64,000 nt of DNA from Eledone cirrhosa (taxonomy: Eukaryota): contig OZ024740.1 in NCBI GenBank assembly GCA_964016885.1, forward strand, positions 119,474,001 through 119,538,000, given 5' to 3'. Each line of letters opens with the position of its first letter. Position 1 is the first letter of the stretch. A program made the translations under genes and the position numbers. A model generated the notes under the pieces. That model ran no database searches. It was not told the origin of the DNA and was given only the letters and a program-made list of their open reading frames with translations. Shown piece after piece: positions 12,836 through 26,539 of the stretch.

Positions 12836-15147
12836 TATTTGGGGAGGGTCATATTTGCGTAATATTGCCAGAATTAATAACAGAACACACTCACTGTTTG
12901 GTTGGTTTTCGCTTCTCGCTGTCTTTTATATATATATATCTGCGATCTAACTTACTCGGAGATGATCATTGAGAGTGAAGTGGAGTTCTGCGACGTCGAC
13001 ACAGACGAACTGGGCCTCCTACTTAGACTTACCTACGACACTGACTACCTAGACAGCCATGACCTTAGATGTTTCTGCCCTAGTAGACCTATAAGAGGTA
13101 GACCCCCCACCATAACCTCAATGGCTAAAAAGACTCCCATAGGAAGGTGGATTGGGTGGACCAAAGCTATACGGACCCCCCAAAACACTGATCAGGTAAG
13201 AAAAATGGTCGCACATGCAATAGGGGCTAGTATCAAAACTACCCTAAAGGTCCACATATTTAAGTTCAATGAGAAAATCTACACCCAAAATGAGGGAGCA
13301 GCCATCGGCGTCAGCATAGCTGGCGATGTTGCCAACCTTTTCATGGTATGGTGGGAAAGGAGACTTAAAGATCTCCTTAATGAAAGCTCCATAGACCTCA
13401 TCATGTACTCTCGTTATGTAGACGATATCAATATAGTTATAAGAACACCCCCACTAGAGAGCACTAACAAGTTTGATTTAGAACGTAGCACGATGGAAAG
13501 CATCCAGCAGATAGCTAATTCCATACACCAGAGTATAACTGTAACTATAGACTTCCCTTCCAAACACCCTAACAATAGACTACCTGTATTAGACACAGAA
13601 CTCTGGATTAACACTATAGACGAGAGAGCCCAAATTCTCCACTCACACTATGCTAAACCCATGGCCTCCAAATACCTGATACTCAAAAACTCAGCAATGT
13701 CCAGTAGTGCTAAGTTTAATATTCTGATCGCAGATTTGGTACGAGTGATGAAGAATGTGTCCAGCATGTGCGACCCAACAGAAATGGAAGGACACATCCA
13801 ACACTTCATCAACCGCATGCAGTTCTCTGGCTACAACCAAAGAGACAGAGTCAGAGTATACGAAGGAGCCATGGAAAAGTATAAGACCCTCATAGAACTG
13901 GACATGAAAGGAATTTGCCCACTATACAGGAGCAAATCATGGAATAGCTTAGATAGGGCTAGACATAAGATAGGGAAGGCCACATCATGGTACGACAACC
14001 AGAGATATCAGAGTGTCATGTTTGTGGACGCCACCCCTGGAGGGAAATTAGCTAACCAGTGTAGAAAGGCCCTGAGAAAGACCCACTTAAAAATAAAGGT
14101 GGTAGAAAAGCCAGGAACCACCATAAAATCCCTGATCAGCAAAACCTACCCTTTTAAGAAAACCCACTGTACCAATAGGAAATGTATCATATGTAAGGTG
14201 AACCCCCGGATAAACTGTAAAACTAGAAACGTAGTCTATAGCATAAGATGTACAGAGGGTACTTGCAGAAACACGACAACAACATACATAGGTGAGACAG
14301 CTCGTAGCATAGGTGAAAGGATAGACCAACACTGGGGGGAACTAAAAGGACGAAAAAACGGGTCAGTACTATACGAACATGCTAGACAACATCATGACGG
14401 TAACATAGACAACATAGAAATTAGAATAATATCTAAACATAGGAATGACCCAGCAGATAGGCAAATCAGAGAGGCCAGTGAAATAGAAATTAGAAGACCA
14501 AAGCTAAACAGAAAGAATGAGTGGAACAACAACAACACCCAAACAAACAACACTGACCTAAGAGAAGTATAAATAAATAAGTAAATTAAATTAAATAAAA
14601 TAAGATAAATAAATACATACACAAGCACATAAACACACACTAGTCACCCAGCAGACACAACACTATACACACTAGTCACACATCACACATAACACTATAC
14701 ACACACGCAAACGCATGCGCAAAGAAGACAAAATAAAATAAGATAAACAAACAAGCAAATAAATAAATAAATATATAGACAGACTGAACAAAAAAAATGG
14801 CGTAGACATACAACACAACAGGAGGAACAATGAATATAACACCACTGACGATGTTGCAGATGTGCAACGAAAGATTTATGTAAACTATATATATATGTGT
14901 TTGTCTATATTGTATCTGTATTATTTTTGACCGCCGGTCAGTCAATGGCAACATTGAGGACCGAGTAAGTTAGATCGCAGATATATATATATAAAAGACA
15001 GCGAGAAGCGAAAACCAACCAAACAGTGAGTGTGTTCTGTTATTAATTCTGGCAATATTACGCAAATATGACCCTCCCCAAATATAACAATATCTGTTTC
15101 GACACACGATTTCATATAAAAAACCTCGCAAAACTAATTCATCGCCG

Positions 15148-15148
<1 letters not shown>
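12832..15148 (+). mobile_element. 5'-truncated Penelope-like element (probably Neptune-like) with inverted pLTR
   Basis: 12832-12959 is the reverse complement of 14961-15088; 60-bp 3' tail; flanked by (TA)n; partial HHR CTGACGA-gttgca/tgcaac-GAAA at 14845-14872. Confidence 0.92.
12902..14572 (+). CDS. PLE reverse transcriptase + GIY-YIG endonuclease (open frame; true element sequence begins ~12960)
   Basis: QNEGAAIG, YSRYVDD, LPVLD, C-x4-C-x2-C linker, NVVYSIRC..YIGETAR..R..H, IREA. Confidence 0.92.
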   Translation: MVFASRCLLYIYICDLTYSEMIIESEVEFCDVDTDELGLLLRLTYDTDYLDSHDLRCFCPSRPIRGRPPTITSMAKKTPIGRWIGWTKAIRTPQNTDQVRKMVAHAIGASIKTTLKVHIFKFNEKIYTQNEGAAIGVSIAGDVANLFMVWWERRLKDLLNESSIDLIMYSRYVDDINIVIRTPPLESTNKFDLERSTMESIQQIANSIHQSITVTIDFPSKHPNNRLPVLDTELWINTIDERAQILHSHYAKPMASKYLILKNSAMSSSAKFNILIADLVRVMKNVSSMCDPTEMEGHIQHFINRMQFSGYNQRDRVRVYEGAMEKYKTLIELDMKGICPLYRSKSWNSLDRARHKIGKATSWYDNQRYQSVMFVDATPGGKLANQCRKALRKTHLKIKVVEKPGTTIKSLISKTYPFKKTHCTNRKCIICKVNPRINCKTRNVVYSIRCTEGTCRNTTTTYIGETARSIGERIDQHWGELKGRKNGSVLYEHARQHHDGNIDNIEIRIISKHRNDPADRQIREASEIEIRRPKLNRKNEWNNNNTQTNNTDLREV

Positions 15149-15214
<66 letters not shown>

Positions 15215-15230
15215 GAGAGGGGGAGAGAGA

Positions 15231-15585
15231 GAAAAAGAGATGAAATCGAAAATGCAACTGGAGACTTATTTTTAAAAAAATATATATATTTATTTTGGTT
15301 CCTTTACCGGTTTCGCAGTTCTTCTGTTTTTCAAAAGTAGAGTTGAGATGGAGGGTCTGTGGTTTCTCTCACATCTGTGTGAAAAACCACAGACCCTCCA
15401 TCTCAACTCTACTTTTGAAAAGCAGAAGAACTGCGAAACCGGTAAAGGAACCAAATAAATATATATATTTTTTTAAAAATAAGACTCCAGTTGCATTTTC
15501 GATTTCATCTCTTTTTCTTTATACTTTCACTCGTGTAGGACACCTCGGTTATTTTTCAATTTGTAAAAAAAACCTCACTTTCTAA
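15231..15585. mobile_element. fold-back element with paired U3-A8 hammerheads (15302-15337 -, 15412-15447 +)
   Basis: ~135-bp arms; ctt-TTGAAAA-gcag/ctgc-GAAAC-cg-GTA-aag; single-arm copy at 59631-59829. Confidence 0.85.
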
Positions 15586-15591
15586 TATATA

Positions 15592-17140
15592 TATAATAAC
15601 TAGAAATTGATTAACATATATATAGACATGAATAATCACAGGAGATAATTTTTACAAGTGTGTAACCACACATAGCTAGGTAGGTAACTAAATAAAGATG
15701 ACTAGAACTTCAAAAATAGATACCTTATAATATGATTAATCTTCCCTGTATATATTCCATTAAAGAAATATATTTCACCAATTAATCAGATGGTAAACCA
15801 CGGAAGTGGATATTTTGGATTTTCAACAAGGAAGAAAATTTCCATCAATCCGTGTTTACACTACAAGTTCAAATCTGCAACTGGTTATTACCACGTGTTG
15901 TATTTACAATAAATACACACATAATAGTAGCTTCGTCCCAGTGGCGTGAATAGGGTTATCGACAACTAGAAACCGCAGCCGAGTCCTTTCAACAGAGTTA
16001 GCTCTACAATTAAGGAGACATATTTATATATCTATATCCAAAATTAAGATAAATTAAATGAATTTAATCTAAATCAAAATTATGGGTGTCATGCCAGAAA
16101 GGCATGCGCCATATCACCCGGAAAATAAGCTCTAAGATTCTAACGAGTAGGTCCGAGCATTTTATAATAACTAGAAATTGATTAACATATATATAAACAT
16201 GAATAATTACAGGAGATAATTTTTACAAGTGTGTAACCACACATAGCTAAGTGGGTAACTAAATAAAGTTGACTAGAACTTCAAAAATAGATACCTTATA
16301 ATATGATTAATCTTCCCTGTATATATTCCATTAAAGAAATATATTTCACTAATTAATCAGATGGTAAACTACGGAAGTGGATATTTTGGTGATTATTGTG
16401 ATTATTCATCTTTATATATATGTTAATCAATTTGTAGTTATTATAAAATGCTCGGACCTGCTCGTTAGAATCTTAGAGCTTATTTTCCGGGTGATATGGG
16501 GCATGCCTTTCTGGCATGACACCCATAATTTTGATTTAGATTAAATTCATTTAATTTATCTTAATTTTGGATATAGATATATAAATACGGCTCCTTAATT
16601 GTAGAGCTAACTCTGTTGAAAGGACTCGACTGCTGTTTCTAGTTGTCGATAACCCTATTCACGCCACAGGGACGAAGCTACTATTATGTGTGTATTTATT
16701 GTAAATACAACACGTGGTAATAGCCAGTTGCAGATTTGAACTTGTAGTGTAAACACGGATTGCTGGAAATGTTGATCCTTGTTGAAAATCCAAAATATCA
16801 ACTTCCGTGATTTACCATGTGATTAATTGGTGAAATATATTTCTTTAATGGAATATATACAGGGAAGATTAATCATATTATAAGGTATCTATTTTTGAAG
16901 TTCTAGTCAACTTTATTTAGTTACCTACCTAGCTATGTGTGGTTACACACTTGTAAAAATTATCTCCTGTGATTATTCATGTTTATATATATGTTAATCA
17001 ATTTTTAGTTATTATAAAATGCTCGGACCTACTCGTTAGAATCTTAGAGCTTACTTTCCGGGTGATAAGGCGCATGCCTTTCTGGCATGACACCCATAAT
17101 TTTGATTTAGATTAAATTCATTTAATTTATCTTAATTTTG
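15592..17140. repeat. 571-bp unit in tandem (about 1.4 copies) followed by an inverted tandem (about 1.3 copies)
   Basis: ctagaaattgattaac at 15600 and 16171; tgttaatcaattt at 16421 and 16992; inversion point ~16390. Confidence 0.9.
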
Positions 17141-17164
17141 TATATATATATATATATATATATA

Positions 17165-20100
17165 ATGAAAAGAAGAGCAGGAGATATCGTAGAGATGCTA
17201 GAGCGAAAGGATATTGATGTATGCTGTGTGCAAGAGAGTAGATAGAGAGGAGATTCTGCTAGATACCTTGTAGGCAAAAGTCAGTGCAACAAATTTTTCT
17301 GGTTGGGAAATGACGATGGGATGGGTGGTGTAGGTATCCTACTAGTTGACAAATGGATAGATAAGGTAATCTCAGTGAAGAGTGTGAATGCAAGAAACAT
17401 TAAACTCAAACTAGTCCTGAATAAAACAATTATCACAATAATATCAGCTTACGCAACCCAATCGGGGTTGCCACACGAACTTAAATACAAGTTTTATGAG
17501 TCTCTAATGCACACTACTGCTCTAACAAATGACAATAACTTTCTAATCATTGCAGTAGATTTTAACAGACACATAGGTAAATACCGTGATGGCTTCTATA
17601 GAGTCCATGGAGGCCACGGGGTTGGCACAAGAAATGAAGAAGGCTTAAGGCTTCTAGAATTCTGCGACGCCAATGACCTGTCGATATGTAACTTAAAAAA
17701 ACCTGACAACCATCTCATCACCTATAGATCAGGGGAGTTTCTGGTCAGATAGATTTTATCCTCATCAGGGGACGTAACAGATGGATGGTCGTAAACACAA
17801 AAACTTTCCCTAGTGAGATATGTACTTCCCAACATAACTTAGTTGTCAGCGACCTCACGGTCAGAACTAGACGACCCTTGAAACAGAAGCCAACCTGGAG
17901 AAGAAAGATCTGTAAGCTGAAAGACTCCTCAGCCAGTAACAGATTTAAAGATATTTTACTCGACGCCTACGACAGTAAAGAAGAACAGATAGAGACATTC
18001 AATGTAGAAGAGAACTGGGAGTTCCTACAAAATAACTTACTAAAGGCAACGGATGAGATATGTGGCTGGAGTAAGACCACATGCAGGAGGAGAGTGACTT
18101 GGTGGTGGAACAATAAGGTAGATGAGGCAGTAAAGGCCAAGAGACAGGCATGGAAAGAATGGAAGAACGGGGGAAGCAGGGTTAATTACATAGAGACCAA
18201 GAGGGAAGCTAGGTGACAAGTATATTTAACTAGGAGAGAAGCGGAGGATAGAGCATTCAAGCATGTTTTGCAACGTGAGGACCAGAAACAGGAGGTGTTC
18301 AATATTGCGAGGCAGTGTGTCAGAGAGAATTGTGATGTCATTAGAGAGAAGTGTATCTGGAATGATTTGGTGGGCATGCCCTCACAAGTGCTGAGAGAAA
18401 GATGCGTGGAACAGCCATTATGAAAGATTACTAAATGAGGAGAATGCATGGGAAGAAGAAACCCTACACCAAGTAGACCCTATAGAGGGTCCAGCAGTAC
18501 ATGACAGAAGCAGCGTAGCAAGTAAGGTAATAAAAGATATGAATACTGCGATGGCAACCATTCCATCAGGTATAGCTGCCGAGATGCTGAAGGCATCTGG
18601 GTTGGTAGGTCACACCGTAGCCACACGTATTGTTAACCAGGTAATACTAGAAGGTATTATACCAAAGGATTGGTGCAGCAGAATCATTGTCAAATCCTAT
18701 AAGGTGATGCACTAGATAGAGGAAACTATAGAGGTATAAAGCTGATGGACCAGGTCATGAAAGTAACAGAAAGAGTTATAGCACAGCTGATTAGGGACCG
18801 GGTGAAACTAGATAAGATGCAATTTGGGTTTGTGCCAGGGAGAGGAATCACTGATGCCCTCTTCCTTGTGAGGCAGTTACAGGAAAAGTACCTATCTATA
18901 AGTAAGCCGCTCTACCTGGAATTCGTCGATCTCGAGAAAGCCTTTGACAGAGTTCCCTGTGCTATTATCTGGTGGGCTCTTAGACAACTAGGAGTAGATG
19001 AATGGCTTGTGAAAGCTGTACAAGCCATGTATAGGGGAGCAGTCAGCAAAGTAGGATTAGCAATGAGTATAGTGAGGAATTTAGCATACAGGTCGGTGTC
19101 CACCAGGGCTCTGTTCTTAACCCTCTCCTGTTCATCACAGTTTTGCAGGCAATAATGGAGGAGTTTAAGACAAGATGCCCATGGGAACTCCTGTATGCAG
19201 GTGAGCTTGTACTTATAGCTGAATCTATGTTAGAACTAGAGAAGAAATTCCAAACTTGGAAGCATGGACTTGAAAGAAAGGGTCCCAATGTCAACCTGAC
19301 AGAGATTAAGGTCGTTGTAAATAGACGAGAAAACAGAACCCAGATCCCCTCAGGGAAATGGCCTTGCTCAGTATGTAGGAAAGGTGTAGGTAGCAACTCC
19401 ATTCTCTGCCCCAAATGCAAACAATGGATTCACAAGAGATGTAGTGGGATCTCAGGAACCTTAACTAAGAATGTAGGCTTCACATGTAGCAGCTCTACTA
19501 GGACCGTAAACAGCGAACATCCACAGGAAACAAGTACCACCAAACTCTGGGAGGGCTCTGTAGAAACGGTAGACAGCTTCTGCTACCTAGGTGACCGAAT
19601 TAGCAGCGGAGGTGGGTGTTCGGAAAATACAATAACTAGGGTAAGAACAGGATGGAAGAAGTTCAGGGAGCTACTGCCACTGCTAGATGCAAAAGGTTTT
19701 CCCTTAAAAAGAAAGCCAGACTGTATGATGCGTGTATACGAACAACAATGTTACATGGTAGTGAGACCTGGGCGATGTCTGTGTAAGACTTGCATAGATT
19801 AGAAAGAAACGAAGCCTGCATGCTCCGATGGATGTGTAATAGTAATATACATGAACAGCAAAGCATAGATGAATTGAGGGAGAGACTGAGCATAAGAGGA
19901 ATCAAATGCTGTGAGCAGGAGAGGAGGTTGCGTTGGTATGGAGATGTGATATGTATGACGGATGACAGCTGCATAAAAAGGTGAAGAGTACTAGAAGTCG
20001 ATGGAAACCTCGGAGTGGGGAGATCCAAGAAGACCTGGGGTGAGGTGATAAAAGCCGACTTTACCCACTTACACCTATCAAAGTTGATGACACATGACCA

Positions 20101-20413
20101 TGATCTCTGGCATAACGCAGTAATACAGAAGACCCGACCCCCCATGGATATAAGCCGAAGCTGAAGCATATAGACAATATGCCCCCATACCCTCCCACTG
20201 CAAAGTGGACGTGTTGGTGCCATGGAAAAAAAGCACCCAGCACTCACTGTAAATGAGGTTGGTGTTAGGAAGGGCATCCAGCTGTAGAAATCAAGCCAGA
20301 ATCAGTTCCCGTATGAGCAAGGTATGGTCAGCCGACCGGCTACTGCCCACAACAGGATAACCGGTCTAACCCATGATAGCGTGGAAGAACGGACGTAAAA
20401 CGGTGATGATGAT
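17165..20413 (+). mobile_element. RTE-clade LINE, disrupted (APE + RT + Cys-rich finger), (GAT)n tail
   Basis: GGVGI, ISAYA, QFGFVPGRG, FVDLEKAFD, WPCSVCRKGVGSNSILCPKCKQWIHKRC, FCYLG; ends ggacgtaaaacggtgatgatgatg. Confidence 0.92.
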
Positions 20414-22459
20414 GTATATGTGCCTCTGTGTGTGTGTGTTTCCATAAATATATATTTATCAAAATCTCTTGACACAAGACAACATAATTATCACATTTTA
20501 AGATGAAATTATATGATTTTACTTCACGCTATATTTACAGTGAAGCATCTATATTTTTATTATTCACACTGTATCATTAATTATATTCTTGCTTTGCTTA
20601 GGTTGACCTTCTCTGTTGGCAATTCACCATTGAAATAATTCGGTCCCTTGAATATATCTACTCTGAGAACTCTTCATACATTTCATTAGACCTATCAACA
20701 ATATCATTAGTTTCCCTACCAATAGGTTTACTTGGTATAATTGCTTATAACTAAATAGAACATCTAACTGAACTGTTTCATTTCATTCGTCAGTAAGTTC
20801 TTAATGTTCTTTCCTAGGTTGTTCTTTTTCTTTGTTTTCTTTTATTTTCCTTTCCTTTGTTTTTGGCATCTGTTTCGAAAAATAAAACCTTTAATGGTAT
20901 TGTTTTCAACTTGCTTAATACAAACAACCTCAGGATTTGATGGTGCTGAATGTATGTAATCTAGCTGAGTTCACTTGTGTTTGAGTGGTTACACTTTGGA
21001 ACAAAGATGGCACAATTTCAATCTTCATTGTTCTCACCTTCTATGTTATATTTATGTTTTGAATTTCTTGTCCCCATCATTGTTTTTTTTATATTTTGCA
21101 TCTTCATCGCCATTCATCCTCATCAACTTCAAAATATTTATCACTACTTCTGGGATCAGCACCACAATAAGGACTACATCTGCCCAACATCATTAGCACC
21201 ACTACTAACACTACAATCACCACCATTTAAAATGTAATACCATCATCATGATCATTATTTCACTTGCTATATAACTAAATTGAAAAAATAGCTTACTAGA
21301 AGTTCAACTTGTTATAGTTATTTACCCCCATGTTATCTCTGGTGGAGCAGGTTTATAATCAAATATCTTCTTGTGATGATCACCCTATCGTTGTTTAAGC
21401 ACAATGTGATAGGACTACAAAATACAATGTACTTTCTTTTCTTAAAGATTACTGGATATATTAACAGTAGTGTTGTTGGCATGAAAACAAAACATTATTT
21501 ATGAATAATCATTCAAAGACTCCAATCATGAGAAAAAGAAAAATAAGTGTGTGTTAACAAGTCTAATGTATGGAGCATTACAACTTTAAACTAGAAAAAA
21601 ATATACAATAAGTATCAAAGAATATAATGCATAAGATATATTTTTCATTCTCATGGTAAATTCTTCACTTGAGTAAAATATATTATCCATAGGCAACAAT
21701 TTTTATGCACTAAAGTTTCTGCCTCATTAAGGATTATCCTTAATTCCGTAAGTTATTTTGTTCAGTTTACTTTCGTGTACTTCTCATTTTGGAAGCTGGA
21801 AATATGTAACAAGTTTGTATCGTAATCTTGAAAGCAAGTGCACACAAGTAAGTAATCAAATAATTGTGCTGTGCACTCTATTCCTTTCACCCCCTTCCTC
21901 TCTCTCACTCTGCCCCTCTCCACCCTCTCTCTTTCTCTCCCTCTCCTTTCTTCGCTGGCTGCTCTTCAGTTCATTAAGGGGTTTCGTTTAACATGACTCT
22001 TTGCTGTGATCATTGTGACAGCCAGCTGTTTTACAGTTATTTCCACATTCGAGTTCCCTACAATTTTATGAAACAATTCTATATTTTTCCTATTTGGAGA
22101 AAATGTATATTGGTGTTCCTTGAAATTGGAAAAGAAATTATTACAATTAATCAAACCTTTTTTGGTTGTGGAAGATACCAGACAATGACCATTGTTATTC
22201 ATATACCCAAAGAAAAATCTCATCCTAATATTTGTAATCCATTGTACACATAAAAATCTCAAGCTAACATTACAAGCCACAACAGCATGCACATTTCAGC
22301 ATCCAATTAGCTTGCACACCACAAGCTCCAACCAACATGCACATCAATCTCACAGTTTCTGCCCAACATTGTACATTTTCATTGCCTTGCACATCACCAT
22401 CACAATCTCCAACCAGCATGCATATCAACATTGTATTGCTCCATGATATCCTGAACCAC

Positions 22460-22945
22460 ACAGGGCTTCTTTTACCTCTTCTTCTCAACAGTTCTAGAGT
22501 TATTTCATGGAGTGCTTTTTATGTGTAATTGGTCAGAGCATTAATCTCTTCTTCTAGAAATTTGAGGACTACAACCCTACCACCTATGTTTGACTCAAAC
22601 ATTTCTGCAACCTTAGGAATTTTAGTTTGTTTAGACCAAACCTAATATGTGTGTCTTCCTACCTATAGTTTTTTTTTCAGCTTATACTTTAGTGACATCA
22701 GTTCTAAATCATAATAGCTGTTGACATCTGCACCAGAGAATGTTCTATTGATACTGAACATTTGAGGTGCAACAATAAAGCCAGTTTGGTTGTTAGTCCT
22801 GCCACTGGGTTCCTGCCATGTTGTTCTCCATGACGTCTTGTGTGGGGACAATCTGTTGGCTAGCAAATTATATGCATTGGAGTCCAATATCATTGGTTTT
22901 TCCCATCCAAAATCGTCCCACTGTTCCAGCTCATTAGTCATGATG
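22460..22945 (-). mobile_element. old LINE endonuclease fragment
   Basis: 22663..22941 TTWQEPSGRTNNQTGFI..RTFSGADVNS resembles APE C-terminal TW..NQIDFI..SDH. Confidence 0.55.
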
Positions 22946-24059
22946 CATAACTGAAGATTTTGAAAGGAAATGGTGTTTGTTTATTGTTCTAGTAATGAGT
23001 TCATTGAATATTAATTTTGTCTATATAAATGAAATCTGATTCTTTAAGAAATACATAACCTCTATCCTCCGGTCTCTTTCACTCACTTTAAGGATATAAA
23101 AATCTAATCAAAATATATTATATTTAATGTGAAATACATTAATATTTTATCTTTATATCACTATCTCTAAAATATCAGATATAGGATAATTATATGGCAA
23201 AAATGATAGTTGATGTCAATTCATTATTATGAAACCTTTAATTGTTTCTTCCACATAATTACAAATATGATATCTGCACAATCATCTGGATTACATGTTA
23301 ACTGAAATTCAGATGATCTAATTGAAAGATTCCCAGTTTAATCAACATTTGGAGTCAGATGTTAATCATGTAAATTTTCTAGTGTTTTAAATTATTTTGA
23401 AGCTGTCCCTTTACTTATATAAAATTGAACAAGATATTTGGAAAATATTTTAACCAATATGCATATATCTATATTGATGCATATATTGCCATCAATTCAC
23501 TAAGTTTTATTATATTCATATGGCTTTAACACCACAGAACAATGAAAGCAGAGATAGATGCAAAATATCATCCTCCTTAACAAATCTTCCACACAGTTGT
23601 TTTGTATTGTCACCATTACTATCATCACCACAACAACAAATCAACAAAAGCATGCATAATAAATGCTTAGAATATATCTTTGTAATTCTTTATATTTATT
23701 GCCTTTTATTTTGGCTATAGCTAACATGTCTGTAAAAGGGTATTCAACATATAATGACAGTTTTGCAATACATTATAAATAGTTTGGACATATCTTTGTA
23801 AGTGGTCACATTGCTTTATAACTAAATATATTAGGCTGCAAGTGTTTGCTACTGCTGCAGTAAAATTTATTGCTATCTCGCCTATAGAGATCTAAGATAA
23901 TTTTTATACTGGTTGATTTCATATTTTCATAAAGTCCGGTGAAAATGTCTCTCGATTGACATCATTTAATATATTCCTGTGTATAACAAACACAGTAACA
24001 TACAAATAAACAAAATAACAAAAAACAACCTAAATAATGCTTTCTGATTAATACACAAG

Positions 24060-24215
24060 TCAACAAGTTTTGAAGAAGGTAAAAGTCAATTAAATCGACC
24101 CCAGTGGTCAATTATGTTATCTACCTCGTAAGGATGAAAGGGAAAGTTAACCACGGCTGTATTTGAACTCAGAATATAAATGGATGTAACTAAATGCCGC
24201 AACACCTCTTGTCTG
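24060..24215 (-). mobile_element. tRNA-derived SINE relic
   Basis: atcgaccccagt..ggatgaaagggaaagt..tttgaactcagaa (B box in reverse); related to 61035-61228. Confidence 0.6.
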
Positions 24216-26084
24216 ATACTACTAATACTGCCATTCTACAACCTAAATAATGATAGTTATATTAGAATCGATTGAAGCAATGTTTGACATAATCTCAAAA
24301 ATGTATCATTAAGGAAATATTTAGTGTTAGCAAGGTTTTTATTATGCCCCTCCCCCAATATCTACAATAATACAAGCATTTCAGTTTTAGTAGCTACATA
24401 TACATTGTTAAAATGAAACAAAATTCAGTACAAGCAAGCTGTACAGCAACCAATATTGCTTTTTCTATCACCCACCTCTCTCCATCTCTCTCTCTCACAC
24501 ACACACATGTATTAAGGCACCTATGTAGTTTCTAAATATTATTTATACTTTTTATAAAAGACGTAAATACATATTAGTTTTGAAGGAATATGTATTTTTA
24601 AGTATTACAAAATTCGTTTCATATCATCAATTCTCCAAACTTTAGATTCACCAATATGTGGCAATTATAGGCTGTCATTTTAACATGAACGTAGGGCTAA
24701 TTAAGCATAATAGATGATATAACTCTAAATGATAGAATACAGCCAGTATTCCCCATTTAGTTCATCTGTCTTGGCTAGGAGCAAGATGCTTTGTATATGT
24801 GAGTGTTCTAAGATGGCCATTGGCATCCTTTGTCCACATGTGCATTGTTGATTTCACTATCTCAACAATGTTTAGTTTGTCAGTTGTATCAATTTCGGAA
24901 TGTGTGAGACATAGATTTAAACTTGAATGCTTCTGGTGACACATGAAAACCAGGGTTTCTGGTCATACTGTGGCCATATGCAGCAGCCAGAGAATAATAA
25001 ATCTCACAAAATTGATGTGTGTTGAGTGTAACATAAAGAGAAGAGAATTCTAATGTTTGACGCATTGGATCTATCTTTAAAAATAATATATTCTTCTCCC
25101 AATATACTGAAGTATTCTACTTTGTGAATCTTCTTCAATGGTAAATTAAGCCACCGATATAAATTAACAAAATGATGTGTTGGTTGAAGGCGATTGTACA
25201 TGTGATCCTACAATAAAAGATCATCAAAAATGTAAGGCTTAGCAATTGTAGTGACTTTGAGAACTTTTTGGTGCTTCATAAGTAGTGAGAGTATGGTGCA
25301 AGACTGTTTCGTAATTATATGTTGTGATTATATGTTGTGATTATCTTAGTTATTTTGAAAGGAATTAAGTTGTCATGTGTTCATTGCAGGTTGTTTTTGA
25401 AGATATGGAACTTAATGGCAAAATTGTATTTTTCAGTTCCTGTTGACAGATTGTATTCCTCAGCAAGACATTTTATTTCACATTGCTCCAGTTTGCCCAG
25501 CTGGCAAAATTGAATTATTCGTATAAATCAAAGTGTTAGGTTTTTTCACATTAAGTGTCATGCTGAGTCCCACAGAGATGTACGTTAAAAATACATGTGT
25601 CTGTGGAATACACTACATCTGGCACATTAACTTCATAATCAGAGCCTTCTAGTGTTCCAAAACCTAAAACAATTGGTGTTGAAACCCATGGAATGGGATT
25701 AGACAGACGTTTCACATGCAATAACTAGGTTGGATGTGGAAGGTTAAGTTTGGACACACATAATCAGCAGAAATGATTATTTTGACTATATATAAGTCAA
25801 CTAATTATATGCTAAGCGAGTTGCTAGTAAAGATGAATTATTACAAAGATACATCAAGAATGAAACAACAGTTTCTTTCACCAGCTAACCATAAGGTGAA
25901 GCATCATTTTAAGTGCATTTTCAAAAAATAAAAGGTTCAACAGATGAACATGTACATATGATATTTTTTCTTCAGATTTTAATGTCACAGAAATTGTAGA
26001 ATTTTTAGGATAAGCCTCTTTACATTCTTTATATTCAATATGTGAGGCTGTACTGCACACATACACACATATAGATATATATAT

Positions 26085-26122
26085 GAGTGTGTGTGTGTTT
26101 ATGTGTATTTGTGTGTGTCTAT

Positions 26123-26178
<56 letters not shown>

Positions 26179-26192
26179 ATGTATATATATAT

Positions 26193-26253
<61 letters not shown>

Positions 26254-26284
26254 CATATATACATATATATATATGTATATGTAC

Positions 26285-26354
<70 letters not shown>

Positions 26355-26355
26355 T

Positions 26356-26388
<33 letters not shown>

Positions 26389-26401
26389 ATATATATATAT
26401 A
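26085..26401. repeat. (TG)/(TA) compound microsatellite
   Basis: direct reading. Confidence 0.95.
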
Positions 26402-26539
26402 GATCTTTGTAGACACTGTCACAAATATATGTACAAAACACACCCCTCCAAAACCTGTGAACAAAACCAAGTGCAGTATCCCCCAAAACAGAAAAACAAT
26501 TATCAGAAAAAAAAAGAACAAACAAAAAAATGAACACAC

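Noticed and set aside
12832-15088. DNA transposon with terminal inverted repeats
   Set aside because: Encodes RT + GIY-YIG; the inverted repeat is an asymmetric pLTR with a 3' tail, not a TIR
20765-20800. Minus-strand CTGACGA..GAAAC-A-GTT
   Set aside because: Stem II is only 2 bp, stem I does not pair, and there is no TA flank or second copy; likely chance
20600-21240. Possible exon or short ORFs
   Set aside because: Stops interrupt the frames checked and no recognisable domain
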